Assembly: GCA_004764695.1 (NCBI GenBank)
Contig: SMSO01000035.1
Coordinates: 1,488,001-1,552,000 of the forward strand
DNA: 64,000 bases
Reading direction: 5' to 3'
DNA from: Schizochytrium sp. TIO01
Taxonomy: Eukaryota; Protista; Bigyra: Labyrinthulomycetes
Shown here: in pieces, positions 19,801 to 31,503 of the stretch
Numbering within the stretch: position 1 is the stretch's first letter
Layout: the number at the start of each line of letters is the position of its first letter
Translations under genes and position numbers: made by a program
Notes under the pieces: model-generated
Databases searched by the model: none
Seen by the model: only the letters and a program-made list of their open reading frames with translations
Told to the model about the DNA's origin: nothing

Positions 19801-22194
19801 GGTCCGCAGTGATAAACTTGTTATAAACTTGATGATTGAATCAAATGAGCTATAGTTTCGAATAATTCGCCATGGCTCTAAAGTTTCCGAGGCCAACGTC
19901 TCGGCTAGAATGACGTGTAATTGATTCAATATTCAACTCATTCTGCAAATAGGAGTAGATGAACTAAATCTAATGCATTGTTTCTAGGATGAAGATCACG
20001 CCTTCATCAGATTTCAAATTCTTAATTTGTCTTATTTCAAGCTGCGGGCACGCCTCACAATCAAACTTGGCGCGTTTGCTTTTTAGCTCTTGCCTTCGTA
20101 TGGTATTACCTGTCAAACCATCGAGAGTCGAGCTGCGATTCAGATCTGTTGATTTTCCATTTCTGGTCTGGTACCCTGGTTGAAGCTGTTCCTATTTAGC
20201 ACTGAAGAGGTACTTAGGACCTCTATACTGGTTCTTCTGGTTCTTCCATGGATCTTGCACAACGCAAAATGGTCGACGTGGCAGTTCCCTAACAGTTCTG
20301 TATTAGTTCCACGGATCATATCACTACATGACACACCTTAATCAAAGAGAGTTCTATTGTCCGTTATGCAGAGTCCTAATGCGAGGATTCTGGAGCTTTA
20401 AGGTGGATGTAAAGGCGCTTCGAGGTCGCTCGGAGGAGAAAGTCCTGTTCGGGGCACGCTGCGCAGGCTTAGGTAGGTCCGTAGAGGCTGCTCTAAACAG
20501 CATACGTGCATGTTGAACCCAGTGCACGTCCATGGGCGGGTTGAGGATGAGCAGTTGCTGCAGCATCTAACTCAGTCTAGCGTCAGGTCTTCTTCACTTA
20601 ATCGCAGCGCCTTGAGTTTCTTTCCGCTTGTGCGCAATTGTGGCACTTTATTCCCACGATGGGTCAGCCTTTGTGCCTACCACTTACTCTAAGACTCGGC
20701 TACCATGGTTCACGGCACGAATTAGCACACTCTTAGTTAACAAGGACTTACAGAGAATCACCTAGGTGAAATTATAGGGGTCACTAGCCCTGTTGTTTTT
20801 GTGGTGTTGTTCTCGCATTTGAGATTTTGCGCTGTACTGCATTGCATTGCATTTGGACAAGAATCGTGACAAAGAAAGAAGTTAGTTGCCTTGGAAAGCG
20901 ATGGGGAAGTCGAGAGGACTCGGTACAAAGACGATAAATTAGCAGCACGGAGCAGCAGAGCGCGGAGCACGGTGCGTGAGGGTTCGAGGGCTTAACTCCG
21001 AAGATTTAGCGCGAACCCGAGCTTTTGGTTGTTGCGCACACGATCAATGTTGGATACAGGGCGTTTTGTGCAAGATAGTTGGAGATGGCTACAGCTAAAA
21101 GGACATGATGATGGTCCAGCGAGCAAGGTGGCGAACAGCGACTTCTTCCGGCACTCAGGCCACGGTTGCTCGCAGGTGTTCGTTGGCTGGCTGCATTGCA
21201 ATCGCTCGGAGAGGTCGCGAGACAGCGAGGCAAAGACCGCGAAACACTCTCAACAGACGTGCGAGTGGGTCTGTGCGGCGACAGCTTGGAGATGGATAAC
21301 AAATCCTCGTTGGGGTGGAAAACGCGATATCACAAAATCATTAGAGCGTCGATGCTTTTCTTGTGCCGCATGGAGTACAAAAAGCACGTTGGGATCCAGC
21401 TTGGACAAGGTATACGAGGAGGGTTCAAGGCTGAGCGAGATGAATAATCTTCTTCAAGGCTGGAGGTATAGGCTCCTTATTGTAGCAGGGACCAAGGTAC
21501 AGCTAGGCACTGTCCGTTCATCAAGGTCTGACTTTCCTTTCATGCCACACGCTTCGCAGCGGTGGAGTTGAGGCTCGTTTGGATGTGCGTGGCGGCGTGG
21601 ATCTCTCCTGGGAGACATGCGTGGAACAGTGCTGCCAAGCGACCAACCCGTTAGACTTGTAAGGAACGACGACAGAGCTTCTGATTAAATCCTGCAGCTC
21701 GATTTGCGTGCGAACGAGCAATTATGATAATGGGTAGTACGAATCGGCACAGATAACAACAACGGGGAGACATACGGGCCCGTACGCATTTATTCGCTCA
21801 CCTCGAGTTGCTTTCCAGAGGTGGTCTGTAAGGTCTCTGGTCAACTGAACAAACAAGCCAGAGAAGAATCCGTGAGCGTGAAGGTCATCGTATTAGGGTC
21901 ATTCTCAATCACTCCTCATATCGCTCTTATAATTTTCCAGCTTCTTGGGGAACAACAGCGGGAGTGAAGTGCCTCGCGACCTGCGTGCAACCTTAACGTT
22001 GCACGTTGCGAGCTCGTTCTCAGACTATGCCTGGCCACCTTGAGGCAGAATTTTCTCTGCAGAAGCGTCTTGAACCTCTTCTTCTGACAGCCATTTCGCC
22101 GCCAAGTCTTCGTGAACTCTTCGCGGCACAACCTGTGCGAACCAAGGTCATCGCGAAGTTCTCAATTTTGCCAAACATTCATTCGGAAAGGAGA

Positions 22195-22218
22195 TTTTTT
22201 TTTTTTTTTTTCTTTTTT
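22195..22218. repeat. poly(T) tract (T17-C-T6)
   Basis: Read directly from the sequence. Confidence 0.9.
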
Positions 22219-23102
22219 CATATTCCGTGCATGCACGCCATACTTGTAGCTCCGGCACTCCCTTTGGATCACAAAATCAATGCTGCTTTTCTTCGCGAGA
22301 GTATCGATTGGTAGTAGCTACTAGTAGGACTGGCGATAGCACAAAATAGATAGGCTCACACCAAAAAGGACCTCAGTGTCAGGCGCGGTTGTTTTCCGCC
22401 AAAGCGCAGTGAAGAAGCCGGGTGGCTTTTTTGACTGTGCTGCGATGTTAGCGACTGAGAGCTCTGAAAGGGCACCACGAATGGACATGTTCCGTAGTGT
22501 TGTGATCTCAAGAAGCCGCCCATCTACCAGGCTTTGAGTTCATCCAAGACAATCCAAAACAGTCGAAAGCAGTGAAAACGTGCAATGCTTGGCCCATATA
22601 ATTTCTTGTATCAAAGTATAAGCCACACATTGCCGCCCTTAGGTGATCTCTATTTCATCATTAGAATTGTGGCTTTTTGTGATAGTAACGAATTTTATTT
22701 TCATCCTGATTTTTACTATTAGTTGTAGTGGTAAAATTGATTAAAATAAAAAAAGAATTAATCGTAATAATTAATGAAGTACAAAAATAAACACTATTAA
22801 TGTTTCCGATAACTGTAGTGTTAACAAAGCTCTTGCAATGGTGTTGTTTTGTTTTTGTTTTTGTGGATTACTATTTTATAACTTGAATCGCAGATGTAAT
22901 GTCAATCAAAACCGCCTTCATGCTTTGAAAGAAATAGTGTGCCCAACTGGGTAGGCAGTATCTAGTAACATAGTTCCTTTTCACGCAATACATCAATCAT
23001 AATCTCATTCCCGAAGCGATCCACGTCTCCAAAGTGCTCACTCAGTTATCTATTCCTTTTCGCACCTAGTAATCCTCCTTACTACCACTATTCTTATCAT
23101 TG

Positions 23103-23268
23103 GTAAGGTACTGTTTCATCCTATTGCTAGTAGTTAACAATTTGTGCAGCAGTCAATCTATCTCCATTTGCTCTGCAGCAGACCCTTAATAAACCAACAA
23201 AGCTAGCCAGCAAACTCGACGCCGTCGCAGCTTGCCTGTGCCTGCCTTCTTCTTCTGTCTACAAACAG
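23103..23268 (+). other. putative 5'-UTR intron of BCAT
   Basis: GTAAGG donor at 23103; pyrimidine tract then AAACAG acceptor ending at 23268, 38 nt before the ATG. Confidence 0.5.
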
Positions 23269-23306
23269 TATATCGTGAGCCCTTCGTCTCTATTCTTCTT
23301 CGCAAC

Positions 23307-24410
23307 ATGCTGTCTGCCACTGGAAACCGCCTTCTCAAGCAGGCGTCTCTCACAGGCCGTCGCTTTAGCACCGCATCCTCTGCCGCCGTGGACCCTTCTT
23401 CTCTGAAGTGGGACGAGCTCGGCTTCTCTCTTGTGCCTACCAAGTCTGTTGTTCTCGTCAAGTACAAGGATGGCAAATGGTCCATTCCGGAGCTCTCGAG
23501 CCCTCAGCTGGAGGTCAGCTACTGGGCCAACATGATGCACTACGGCCAGGCGCTCTTTGAGGGCCTTAAGGCCTTCCGCCTTGAGAACGGTGACGTGTCG
23601 ATCTTCAACCCCAAGGCTAACTGCGCTCGTATGAACTTTGGAGCCTCCCGCTTGATGATGCCTGAGATCCCTGAGGAGCTCTTCCTCGAGGCCTGCAAGA
23701 TGTGTGTCAAAGATAACATCGATTACGTGCCGCCTACCACCGCCAAGGGCGCTGCCATGTACCTGCGCCCGCTCTACGTTGGAGCTGGAGCCCAGGTTGG
23801 CCTTGGACCCGCCAACGAGTACATCTTTGGTGTTGGTTGCACCCCCGTCGGCGCTTACTACAAGGGTGGAACTTTGAAGCCCATTAACGCTATCATCCCC
23901 AGCTCTTTCGACCGTGCTGCTCCCCTCGGAGTTGGTGCCTGCAAGGCTGCCGGAAACTATGCCGCTGATGTGCTCCCGTCAGCCAAGGCTAAGGATCAGG
24001 GATACCAGGTTGCTCTGTACACGGATGCGGCCACCCACAGCTACATTGAGGAGTTCTCTACCTCGAACTTTGTTGCTATTTCTGGAGACAAGACCAAGTA
24101 CATCACCCCGGACTCGCCCTCGATTCTTAAGAGTGTGACCAACCAGATGCTCTCCAAGCTTGCTGAGGACCGTGGCCTTACCGTTGAGCGCAGACCTATC
24201 AAGGTTGAGGAACTCGACTCCTTCTCTGAGGTCTTTGCTGTTGGAACTGCTGTCGTTACTTCCCCGATTGAGAGCATCACCCACAAGGGCAAGGTTGTCA
24301 AGTACAACACATGCGAAACGGCCAAGATGCTCTTCGATGACCTCACCGCCATCCAGCGCGGATCTAAGGAGGACAAGCATGGCTGGCACTTTCTCGCCGC
24401 CAAGGCCTAA
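23307..24410 (+). CDS. BCAT: branched-chain amino acid aminotransferase (class IV PLP enzyme), probably mitochondrial
   Basis: ATG at 23307 in CAACATG context; R/S/L-rich presequence (MLSATGNRLLKQASLTGRRFST); HYGQALFEGLKA, YLRP, KAAGNY (PLP Lys), EEFSTSNF, EVFAVGTA motifs; strong C-ending codon bias. Confidence 0.95.
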   Translation: MLSATGNRLLKQASLTGRRFSTASSAAVDPSSLKWDELGFSLVPTKSVVLVKYKDGKWSIPELSSPQLEVSYWANMMHYGQALFEGLKAFRLENGDVSIFNPKANCARMNFGASRLMMPEIPEELFLEACKMCVKDNIDYVPPTTAKGAAMYLRPLYVGAGAQVGLGPANEYIFGVGCTPVGAYYKGGTLKPINAIIPSSFDRAAPLGVGACKAAGNYAADVLPSAKAKDQGYQVALYTDAATHSYIEEFSTSNFVAISGDKTKYITPDSPSILKSVTNQMLSKLAEDRGLTVERRPIKVEELDSFSEVFAVGTAVVTSPIESITHKGKVVKYNTCETAKMLFDDLTAIQRGSKEDKHGWHFLAAKA

Positions 24411-25109
24411 ATTACCATGACCTTCTTGCTCCGTAACATTCTTTTGTCCTTTCCACACATTGCTCTTCACTCTTCTTTCATAATTGATCAAGTTTCTTAC
24501 CATGTATGAATCTCTCACTTCCTTCCTTACTTATGTATGCTTCCTTCCCTGCCTCTCTCTTCACTTCACACACTCACTCACTCACACACCCTTTCCCTAC
24601 CGAATATTCTCTTGCGAGTTCCAAGCCTTCGCTTTTGTCTGATCCCTCGCATTTCATCAGGTGTGTTTAAGTGATGGAAAATTCTCAACTATTTGCTGCC
24701 CAATCTTTCGTCTCTTATTGATGGCAAGTATCTGGCCATTTGGAATGTGAAACAATTTCTATTCTCCAAGTATCACCCTTGCCTTTATGATCTCTACTCT
24801 CGCTTTCAAAAAAGAAACAATCTCTTTAATTTGCTTGGAATTGGAGGTTACTCTTATTTTCTTTGTCATCTCGTTTTTGAAATGAAAGTTAACACTAGGG
24901 CCAAGTTTCCTTCTTGAAGATGGGGAAAACGCAATCCGAAACTTTTTTTAAAGGATTTTCTTGGGAGCTGCAAATAGCTGTGCTTATACTTTGCCAGGTT
25001 AATTGAAAAAAAAAACAAAAAAAACAGAACAACAAAATCAAACATATCCCAAATTATGTGAGACGAAAAGAAATAAATATACCTAGACTGCACACATTTA
25101 ACAAGGGTT

Positions 25110-26684
25110 TTAAGATTGCTTCTTGACAGACCCAGAGTCAGCACGGCGTCGACCCATAATTCCATCCCAACACAGAGGAAGCACAATAGTAGCGTTGATG
25201 ACGTGAATTACAGCACACAGCCAGAAAGGCACAGTGCCTTTGAAGAAGGGGTTTTCCCAGTTGCTCGAGCGTGCAAAGAGTCTTGAGAAGAAAATTGGCA
25301 AAGTAAGTCCCAAAGGAAATCGTAAATTCATCATGGCACTCGACAACTCTCCTTGCCCAGCATGGACTTCATCTGCAGCCTCGGCAACAAGTGCATCGAA
25401 GGCACCTTCATCAAATAGAGAGCTCAAAATTGGGTTTAGCACGTGCCATCTGCCATCTGGAGCCAGGGCTGAATTCAAATTTGTCAACACAAACATCCAC
25501 TGACGGAGAATTACAGTCTTTTTGCGTCCTAAGTGTTTCATAATATGCACAGAATAAAATGACGAGATAATCTCGACAACATTCATAACTTGATGCATTT
25601 GAGCATTCTCTTTCATCTTCCAATTAAACTGTTGTGCACGGTAATTATCAATAGTGCCATTGTACAACGGGATACTCGTAAGCAAAGTTACGCACGCAAG
25701 ACTTTGCAGAGACCTTGTCCTTTTGAAGAAACCCACAAAAGAGAAAGGGTTAGCTGCTTGACGCAAATTAAAAGGCTTTCGATCTTCCGGTCGAAGAGTG
25801 TCCTTGACACAGAAGTAGAAAAACAATGCTGCAGAGGCATTAGCAATTGCTGCAAGGATAAAGCTACGTTTCAAGCTCAGACGGTACACCCTCGCAAAGT
25901 TCAAGACAACCATTCGTACGATTGCAAGCAGCATCCATGCATAGCGGTTAAACTCCGCGTATTCGTCAGAACCACGGCCACCGAGTCGGTCCGCCAGGCT
26001 AGCGGTAAAAGCCTGCATCAGCGGAATCAAAGAGAACATGTTCACGATACGATAAATGATGTAGGTTCCATTTGATGGGTACACAGCAACCAAAAGTCGA
26101 GCACCTGCAGAGAGCGCAGGCCCTATAACCAGGGCTGGGAGTCGCCCATAAGAGTCAATGAAGTTTCCAATCAACGATCTGCTTAGTAGACCAGTGACAG
26201 TGTTAACTGTTTCGATGAGAGCACGAATGTGCTCTGCACTTGCGTGGTCTCCACCATTGATTTCCAATAGGAGCTGTGGTGAAGCTACGAGCACGAGCGA
26301 AATTCCTGCACTCACCAACCCACGACCTGCAACCAAGGCAGCGAGTTCCAGAGCGTCATCTCTCGCAAAGAACCTTCTAAACCAGACCTTTCGGTCTTGA
26401 TGCCGATTTTCTGACGTCTTCTTAGGTTCATCAATCTTGCCACTTTTCCTAGATTTATCAGATTTTGCGAACCCTTCTTCACTATCCTTGTTGCCTTTGT
26501 CACTAGTTTTGTTGTTTCTTTGCGTCTCGTTCTTTAACCCAGCTTGCAGACCATCACTTTCCTCATCATCATCATTCAGAACTCCTGCTGACCTTCCGTC
26601 CTCGCTAGAACTCACACCTACGCCGTTGGACACACGTCGATAAGAACCTGAAGATGCACTCGAACGTCGCGAGGGTCGCTTCAT
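25110..26684 (-). CDS. major facilitator superfamily transporter (TetA/HIAT-like)
   Basis: MFS motif A GNFIDSYGRLP, second-half GRKK, many hydrophobic segments. Start placed at MKRPSRR (26684); the track's upstream ATG at 26810 lies in AT-rich, non-coding-looking sequence. Confidence 0.82.
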   Translation of the reverse strand: MKRPSRRSSASSGSYRRVSNGVGVSSSEDGRSAGVLNDDDEESDGLQAGLKNETQRNNKTSDKGNKDSEEGFAKSDKSRKSGKIDEPKKTSENRHQDRKVWFRRFFARDDALELAALVAGRGLVSAGISLVLVASPQLLLEINGGDHASAEHIRALIETVNTVTGLLSRSLIGNFIDSYGRLPALVIGPALSAGARLLVAVYPSNGTYIIYRIVNMFSLIPLMQAFTASLADRLGGRGSDEYAEFNRYAWMLLAIVRMVVLNFARVYRLSLKRSFILAAIANASAALFFYFCVKDTLRPEDRKPFNLRQAANPFSFVGFFKRTRSLQSLACVTLLTSIPLYNGTIDNYRAQQFNWKMKENAQMHQVMNVVEIISSFYSVHIMKHLGRKKTVILRQWMFVLTNLNSALAPDGRWHVLNPILSSLFDEGAFDALVAEAADEVHAGQGELSSAMMNLRFPLGLTLPIFFSRLFARSSNWENPFFKGTVPFWLCAVIHVINATIVLPLCWDGIMGRRRADSGSVKKQS

Positions 26685-27224
26685 GGTGTAGCTTGCGAAA
26701 GCTTTGAGTGTACAAAATGGTTTGATTCTCCTAAATCGGGTTTGCTTTTTTAGGATTCTAGGCCTCATTCTTGAATCAAGTACTAAGACTAGTACTACTA
26801 GTAATTTCATTTAGAATTTTTATTATTCCCTCCTAAATTTGTGATTTCTTCAAGAATCTCAAGGTAACGCATGGATGTTAACGTTGATGTCAGTGCCTTC
26901 ATTCGTAAATAATTGTAGACCAAAACATTCCTCGAAGTGGTGATGTTTCTCCGCCTCTATCATATCCTGAAAAGTAAACACTTTACGTTGACAAATCAAC
27001 TTGAAAACGCTAGTAAAAATGTAGTATAATCAACAAAATCGACGCGAACTTTACAGAGATTGTAGTAAGACATTACAAGCAATGCACAGCACGCAAACTT
27101 AAAACAAAAACAACGTAATGTTTCTTTAGGGGTGTACTAATGGTTCAGATGTCTGCAAAGGGCTCATCCAAGAATGGTGAAGTTGCCCAGTTCGTTTGGT
27201 GCCAAGCTACCATTGAGCATCAAT

Positions 27225-29453
27225 CTATACGAGCTTGTACTCACGGACTTCAGTGAGAATCGACAGAGCACGGTGCAGCAACTTGCTGGTCTCCTTTAAA
27301 TTAGCACGTGTAAGGGCAACCTGGTCATCCTCACGCAAAAGGTCATCAAAGTATTCATCCTTGTAGAGCTCGCGGATGAGCTCAGTGTGCACGCTCTCTT
27401 TGACATGGTTGACAAGAAAGAACATAATCGTCTTAGGTGTCAAATCGCGAATGGTGTTACGCGAGATATTCAAGTATGTCTCGATCAAACGCTTGATAAT
27501 TCGCACTTGCGCATCAGCTTCTGCCTCTGACGAATCAACCCAGCCGCCTTCACTTTGAAGCAAAGTGGCGTTCTTGGTGAAAGATGACACAAAGCGACTT
27601 GATGTGGACGAGTTCTGACGCAATGAACGAGTGCCAGATTGAGAAGTAGTTGTGTTAGCACGCTCGTTGAAAATAAAGGACATAAAGTTGGACTTGCGGC
27701 CAGGCTCCTCGGGCTCTTCGTAAGTCTCCTCAGTCCCATTCGCAGTGTCAGCATCATCAATGGCTGGAACACCGTCGAGGTCGAGAGAGTACGTTTTAGA
27801 ACGATGCTGTGACCCAGATAGACCGGCGCGCATAGGCTCTGAGTTCAAGGATGCCACAGATGATGCCGAATCAGTTGGGCGAGTTGACTCAAAGGCCTCA
27901 AGCGCGTTCTCGGAAGCCGTGTATGGCATGTTGCGAATAAGACTTAGCTTGTTGGAAAAATCTGGGTGGCTGGTGTTGATGAAAGCCTGCTCGATTCGAA
28001 TGAGGTTTTCAATCATGCCTTGCGTAGGGGACAAGTTGGTTGTGAGCATATTTTGTACGACCTCTAGCACACGCTCTTGCAGGAATCTAAACCTACCGAG
28101 ACCAGGAAAGCAAGCTTGGTCAGCGACCTCCTGCAAAACTTCAAAGACCTCCGTCACACAGGAAAGTGCCGGTTCACGCAAATGAGTGAGCTGGCGTTTT
28201 ACAAGAATCTCAAAAGAAAGCTCTGGTACAAAAAGGCTAGGGCGCGGTCCAGTGGCATTGAGAATGGCGGTTCCGATATCCCCGTCTGATAGACCTTGTA
28301 GAGGAGACACTTGCATGAGACGCTCTGCAAATGATTTATAAGCACGAGCAAGACGCGCACCACCACACAATCCATCTGTGGAACTCATTGTGCGGCTTGA
28401 ACTGGAACGGGCACGACCTTCAATGGAGTCTACGAAATACGTCGAGTACTTGCTCAAGAGGCCAAGAATAAGTTGGCCCTGGGCGGTCTTATCCTGAAAA
28501 TCCACAGGCTCATTGCCGAGAGAAGCAAGCTCGCGATCAACATCGCGGAGCTGGCGCTGCACATTAGACTTCAAGTCGGGCAGGTGCTCGCGGATGTGAG
28601 AGAGCAAGATGCTGTTCAGCGTCTTGGTGAGATACTCGGTGCCATGCTTCGATGCAACGCTTCGATAGCTTGGATGATTTAAAAAGAACGCCTTCTCTTT
28701 CTTACGGAGCTCCGTGAGTGGGGTGTTAGCGTTGATTTCAGCCTGACTACGGTTTACAATACCGATGTAGCCCTTTTTGAGAGGAATGACCTTGCCATCA
28801 AGGGCGTCAAGAACATCCACACCTTCGTCCACCAAGTCAAGTTTAGTGAGAATGCCGATTGTGCGATCGCCCAGAGGGTCCACCTCACGGGCCATCTTCA
28901 GTGCATCACTATTGGCCAAGTCAGCGTTTGCAGGGGACACAGCAAGAATGATACTTAACGGGTTGCTGATGTATTCGAGGCACATGTCCCGAATGAGCTC
29001 CTCGATGTTGCCAGGCTGATCGCCAACGGGAACTTTGGTAATGCCAGGCAAATCTACAAGCGTAAGGTTAAGAACGTGCGGTGAGTAAACCTTGAGGCGA
29101 ATTGCCTTGTTACTCACGCCTTTGTTTTTTCCAGTTTCGCGCTCCGTTTCGGCTTCGATTTCACGGCGAACATCGTCAAAGTCAGTGTATTTGCGGTTAG
29201 GAACGTGAAGAAACTCAGCATATTCTTCTTTCTGCTCCGTGTGATAGAGCTGGAGCACCAATGGTCTGCGCGTGCAAATACCCGACCCACGGGGCAAGAA
29301 GCCACGACCCACGATGTTCTCCAGAACGGAGCTTTTTCCAGACGACTGGCTGCCGATCACCACGATCTGTGGCAGGTCCAGAGAAACCTTGCGGGTGCCA
29401 ATGGTGTTGAAGACATCTTGGAGTTTGTTGACAACCGGGATAAGACCTTCCAT
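27225..29453 (-). CDS. DRP1: dynamin-related GTPase (Drp1/Dnm1/Vps1 class, no PH domain)
   Basis: MEGLIPVVNKLQD, G1 GSQSSGKS, G2 CTRRP, G3 DLPG, G4 TKLD, middle domain FINTSHPDF, GED (DLTPKTIMFFLVN). Drp1 versus Vps1 subtype is not resolved. Confidence 0.93.
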   Translation of the reverse strand: MEGLIPVVNKLQDVFNTIGTRKVSLDLPQIVVIGSQSSGKSSVLENIVGRGFLPRGSGICTRRPLVLQLYHTEQKEEYAEFLHVPNRKYTDFDDVRREIEAETERETGKNKGVSNKAIRLKVYSPHVLNLTLVDLPGITKVPVGDQPGNIEELIRDMCLEYISNPLSIILAVSPANADLANSDALKMAREVDPLGDRTIGILTKLDLVDEGVDVLDALDGKVIPLKKGYIGIVNRSQAEINANTPLTELRKKEKAFFLNHPSYRSVASKHGTEYLTKTLNSILLSHIREHLPDLKSNVQRQLRDVDRELASLGNEPVDFQDKTAQGQLILGLLSKYSTYFVDSIEGRARSSSSRTMSSTDGLCGGARLARAYKSFAERLMQVSPLQGLSDGDIGTAILNATGPRPSLFVPELSFEILVKRQLTHLREPALSCVTEVFEVLQEVADQACFPGLGRFRFLQERVLEVVQNMLTTNLSPTQGMIENLIRIEQAFINTSHPDFSNKLSLIRNMPYTASENALEAFESTRPTDSASSVASLNSEPMRAGLSGSQHRSKTYSLDLDGVPAIDDADTANGTEETYEEPEEPGRKSNFMSFIFNERANTTTSQSGTRSLRQNSSTSSRFVSSFTKNATLLQSEGGWVDSSEAEADAQVRIIKRLIETYLNISRNTIRDLTPKTIMFFLVNHVKESVHTELIRELYKDEYFDDLLREDDQVALTRANLKETSKLLHRALSILTEVREYKLV

Positions 29454-30601
29454 GTTGTTTGTTTAGAATTCTGTTTGCTTGCTTGTTTAAATGTCTGTAG
29501 CACGCTGTTCGTATTCTACTTCTGATTCTATCTATCCAATCGATATCTAACCTCACGTCAGGATATCTTGAAATAGTTACCTTTGGACTATTGGTAAGCA
29601 AGCCACACGCACACTGATAATATATCCAAACCTTCGCGGTACCGGGTTTGGTTCTTCACGCAACCGAGGTTCCGAGACGTCTTATTTGCACCTGGTTCTT
29701 CAATCAAAGATCCTGCTGCATACAAATCCTTCACACTTGCCGCTCAGAGGAATAAATGCAGTGCAAAGGATACAAAAGCCGCAGGTAAAGATTGCTAGGT
29801 TCGGTTTGATCCGTGGGAAATCACACAGGTTTCACAATTCTGAGCAGCAACCTTGATGTCGCAGAGGACCGGCTCGAAGAACACTGTATTAACAGCGATT
29901 TGTTCACGTGCAAACAATCAAAGCGATTCTACGACCAATCAGTCTGCCAGGACTGCGTCAAGTCGCAAATGAATCTGCCAAGAGGCTCGCGAGAGTTAGT
30001 AAAACCTCAGCTCCGAAGCGGCAGTAAAATGGCGATCACCGACCTCAAAGAACGTGCAAGAAGGATTTGAGGCAGTTGTAGCGTCTACAAACGAAGTAGA
30101 CGAAGACGAAGACGGCCTCGAGAAGACGGCTGCGATAACCGAGGAACAGGAGAGCTTGTCTGGAGCGGACTGTACTGCAAGCCTATCCGAGGCGGGCAGA
30201 CGGTACTGGGGAATGAGTGAATGAATGACTGAATGACTAAGTGATTGAGCGAACGCAGCTGGGGAAGAGGAGGAGGAAGAAGCGCGAAGCCGAGGACAAC
30301 CTCCTCAAAGTAGAACCTACTATCCAGAGCCTAGGAGAGTGCACTAAGTATTGTTATTATCGTCGAAGAAGAACTTCAACTTATGTAATTAATTGTAATT
30401 TCCTTTTCTCTTTTGGTATAGAATTAATTACCCTGCGTTTATGGGGATACTACAAGTGCAGTATGGCGTTTGTGGTTGTTTCACTTTCATGTCTGCCAGA
30501 AACAAGCAATCAATCAATCAATCACTCAATCATCATGAATCACCGCATTCATGGCGCAGTGTCTGAGGCAAGCATGCAGCACTCTTTGTGAAGTGTCCTT
30601 T

Positions 30602-30647
30602 TGTATGTATGTATCTATGTATGTATGTATCTATGTATGTATGTATG
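30602..30647. repeat. (TATG/TATC)n microsatellite
   Basis: Read directly from the sequence. Confidence 0.9.
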
Positions 30648-31077
30648 CTACTCGACCTCACGAAGGTAGAGCACTAATCGATGCTTCACAGTCGCTGGCA
30701 AAGCGAGGGTAGCGGCTGCTAGATGGCCCATAGTAAGTCCTACTTTGGCCTCCTCGTTTGCCTTAAGGCGCGACAAAATAACCGTGGAAGATCAGGAGAA
30801 CCGACACCTTGGCCCTGCAGCAAATACAGTACTAGCCTTCTCATGATGTCCATCATTTTGCACAGCCTGAGTTGATAATAGTTTGATACACAGGGCCTAC
30901 TTTGATGCTATTTAGGACTGGCTGTGCATACAGGCTTTTCAGATAGTTCTATCAACAAGTTCTTGTGCGAACCTGAAAGCGAGAGGGAAGATAAGAGAAG
31001 TAACCCTCTAGGAGTCATTAACGATATTTAGGGTACATCAGCTGAGAGGGAAATGAAACCCTCAATGACGCATATCC

Positions 31078-31151
31078 CGGAATTTCGGTAGTTTATACGG
31101 AATTTCGGATTGAGTATCATCGGAATTTCGGGAGCATTGACGGAAATTCGG
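31078..31151. promoter_or_regulatory. array of four CGGAA(T/A)TTCGG motifs, candidate transcription factor binding cluster
   Basis: Copies at 31078, 31098, 31121 and 31141 separated by unrelated 9-12 nt spacers, 350-430 nt upstream of the DDX41 ATG. The repeat is certain; a regulatory role is inferred. Confidence 0.55.
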
Positions 31152-31503
31152 AGCAATGTAAACGAGAGTTTAGTCAACTTGCTTTGGCTTCGAGAGCAGG
31201 CCCGAACTAAATGCGCAGCATTGACCTTCGTGATCTTTGGAGGGACGTGGAGAGCTTCTAGGAAACGCGAGAGAAACAAAAGGTTTTGTGCAGAAGCTCT
31301 AGACTTTGGTTGGTTCCAAAGGCGGATCTTGTGCAGACTGATTTTGACTCTTACGAAGGACCACGCCAGCGATACTTCTTACTTTGTGTTTATTGGTCTC
31401 ACCTTGAACTGTGCTTCTTGAAGAGGATACACGGCGTCGCAAAGGGACAATCTTGCGGAAAACTTCAACGCTGCGAGGGCGGTCTTAAAATCGACCTTAT
31501 ATC

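Noticed and set aside
22415-22432. Hairpin AAGCC-GGGT-GGCTT followed by T6, terminator-like
   Set aside because: Only a 5-bp stem in a eukaryotic context; no upstream A/B box or recognisable Pol III RNA.
31030-31090. GGGT...CTGAGA...ACCC resembling the 5' half of a TPP riboswitch
   Set aside because: The 3' half (ACCTGAT...TAAT...CG-AGG) is missing and no thiamine gene is nearby.
31078-31151. Repeat-spacer array as a CRISPR
   Set aside because: Repeats (11 nt) and spacers (9-12 nt) are far too short, the host is eukaryotic and there are no cas genes; retained as a regulatory candidate instead.
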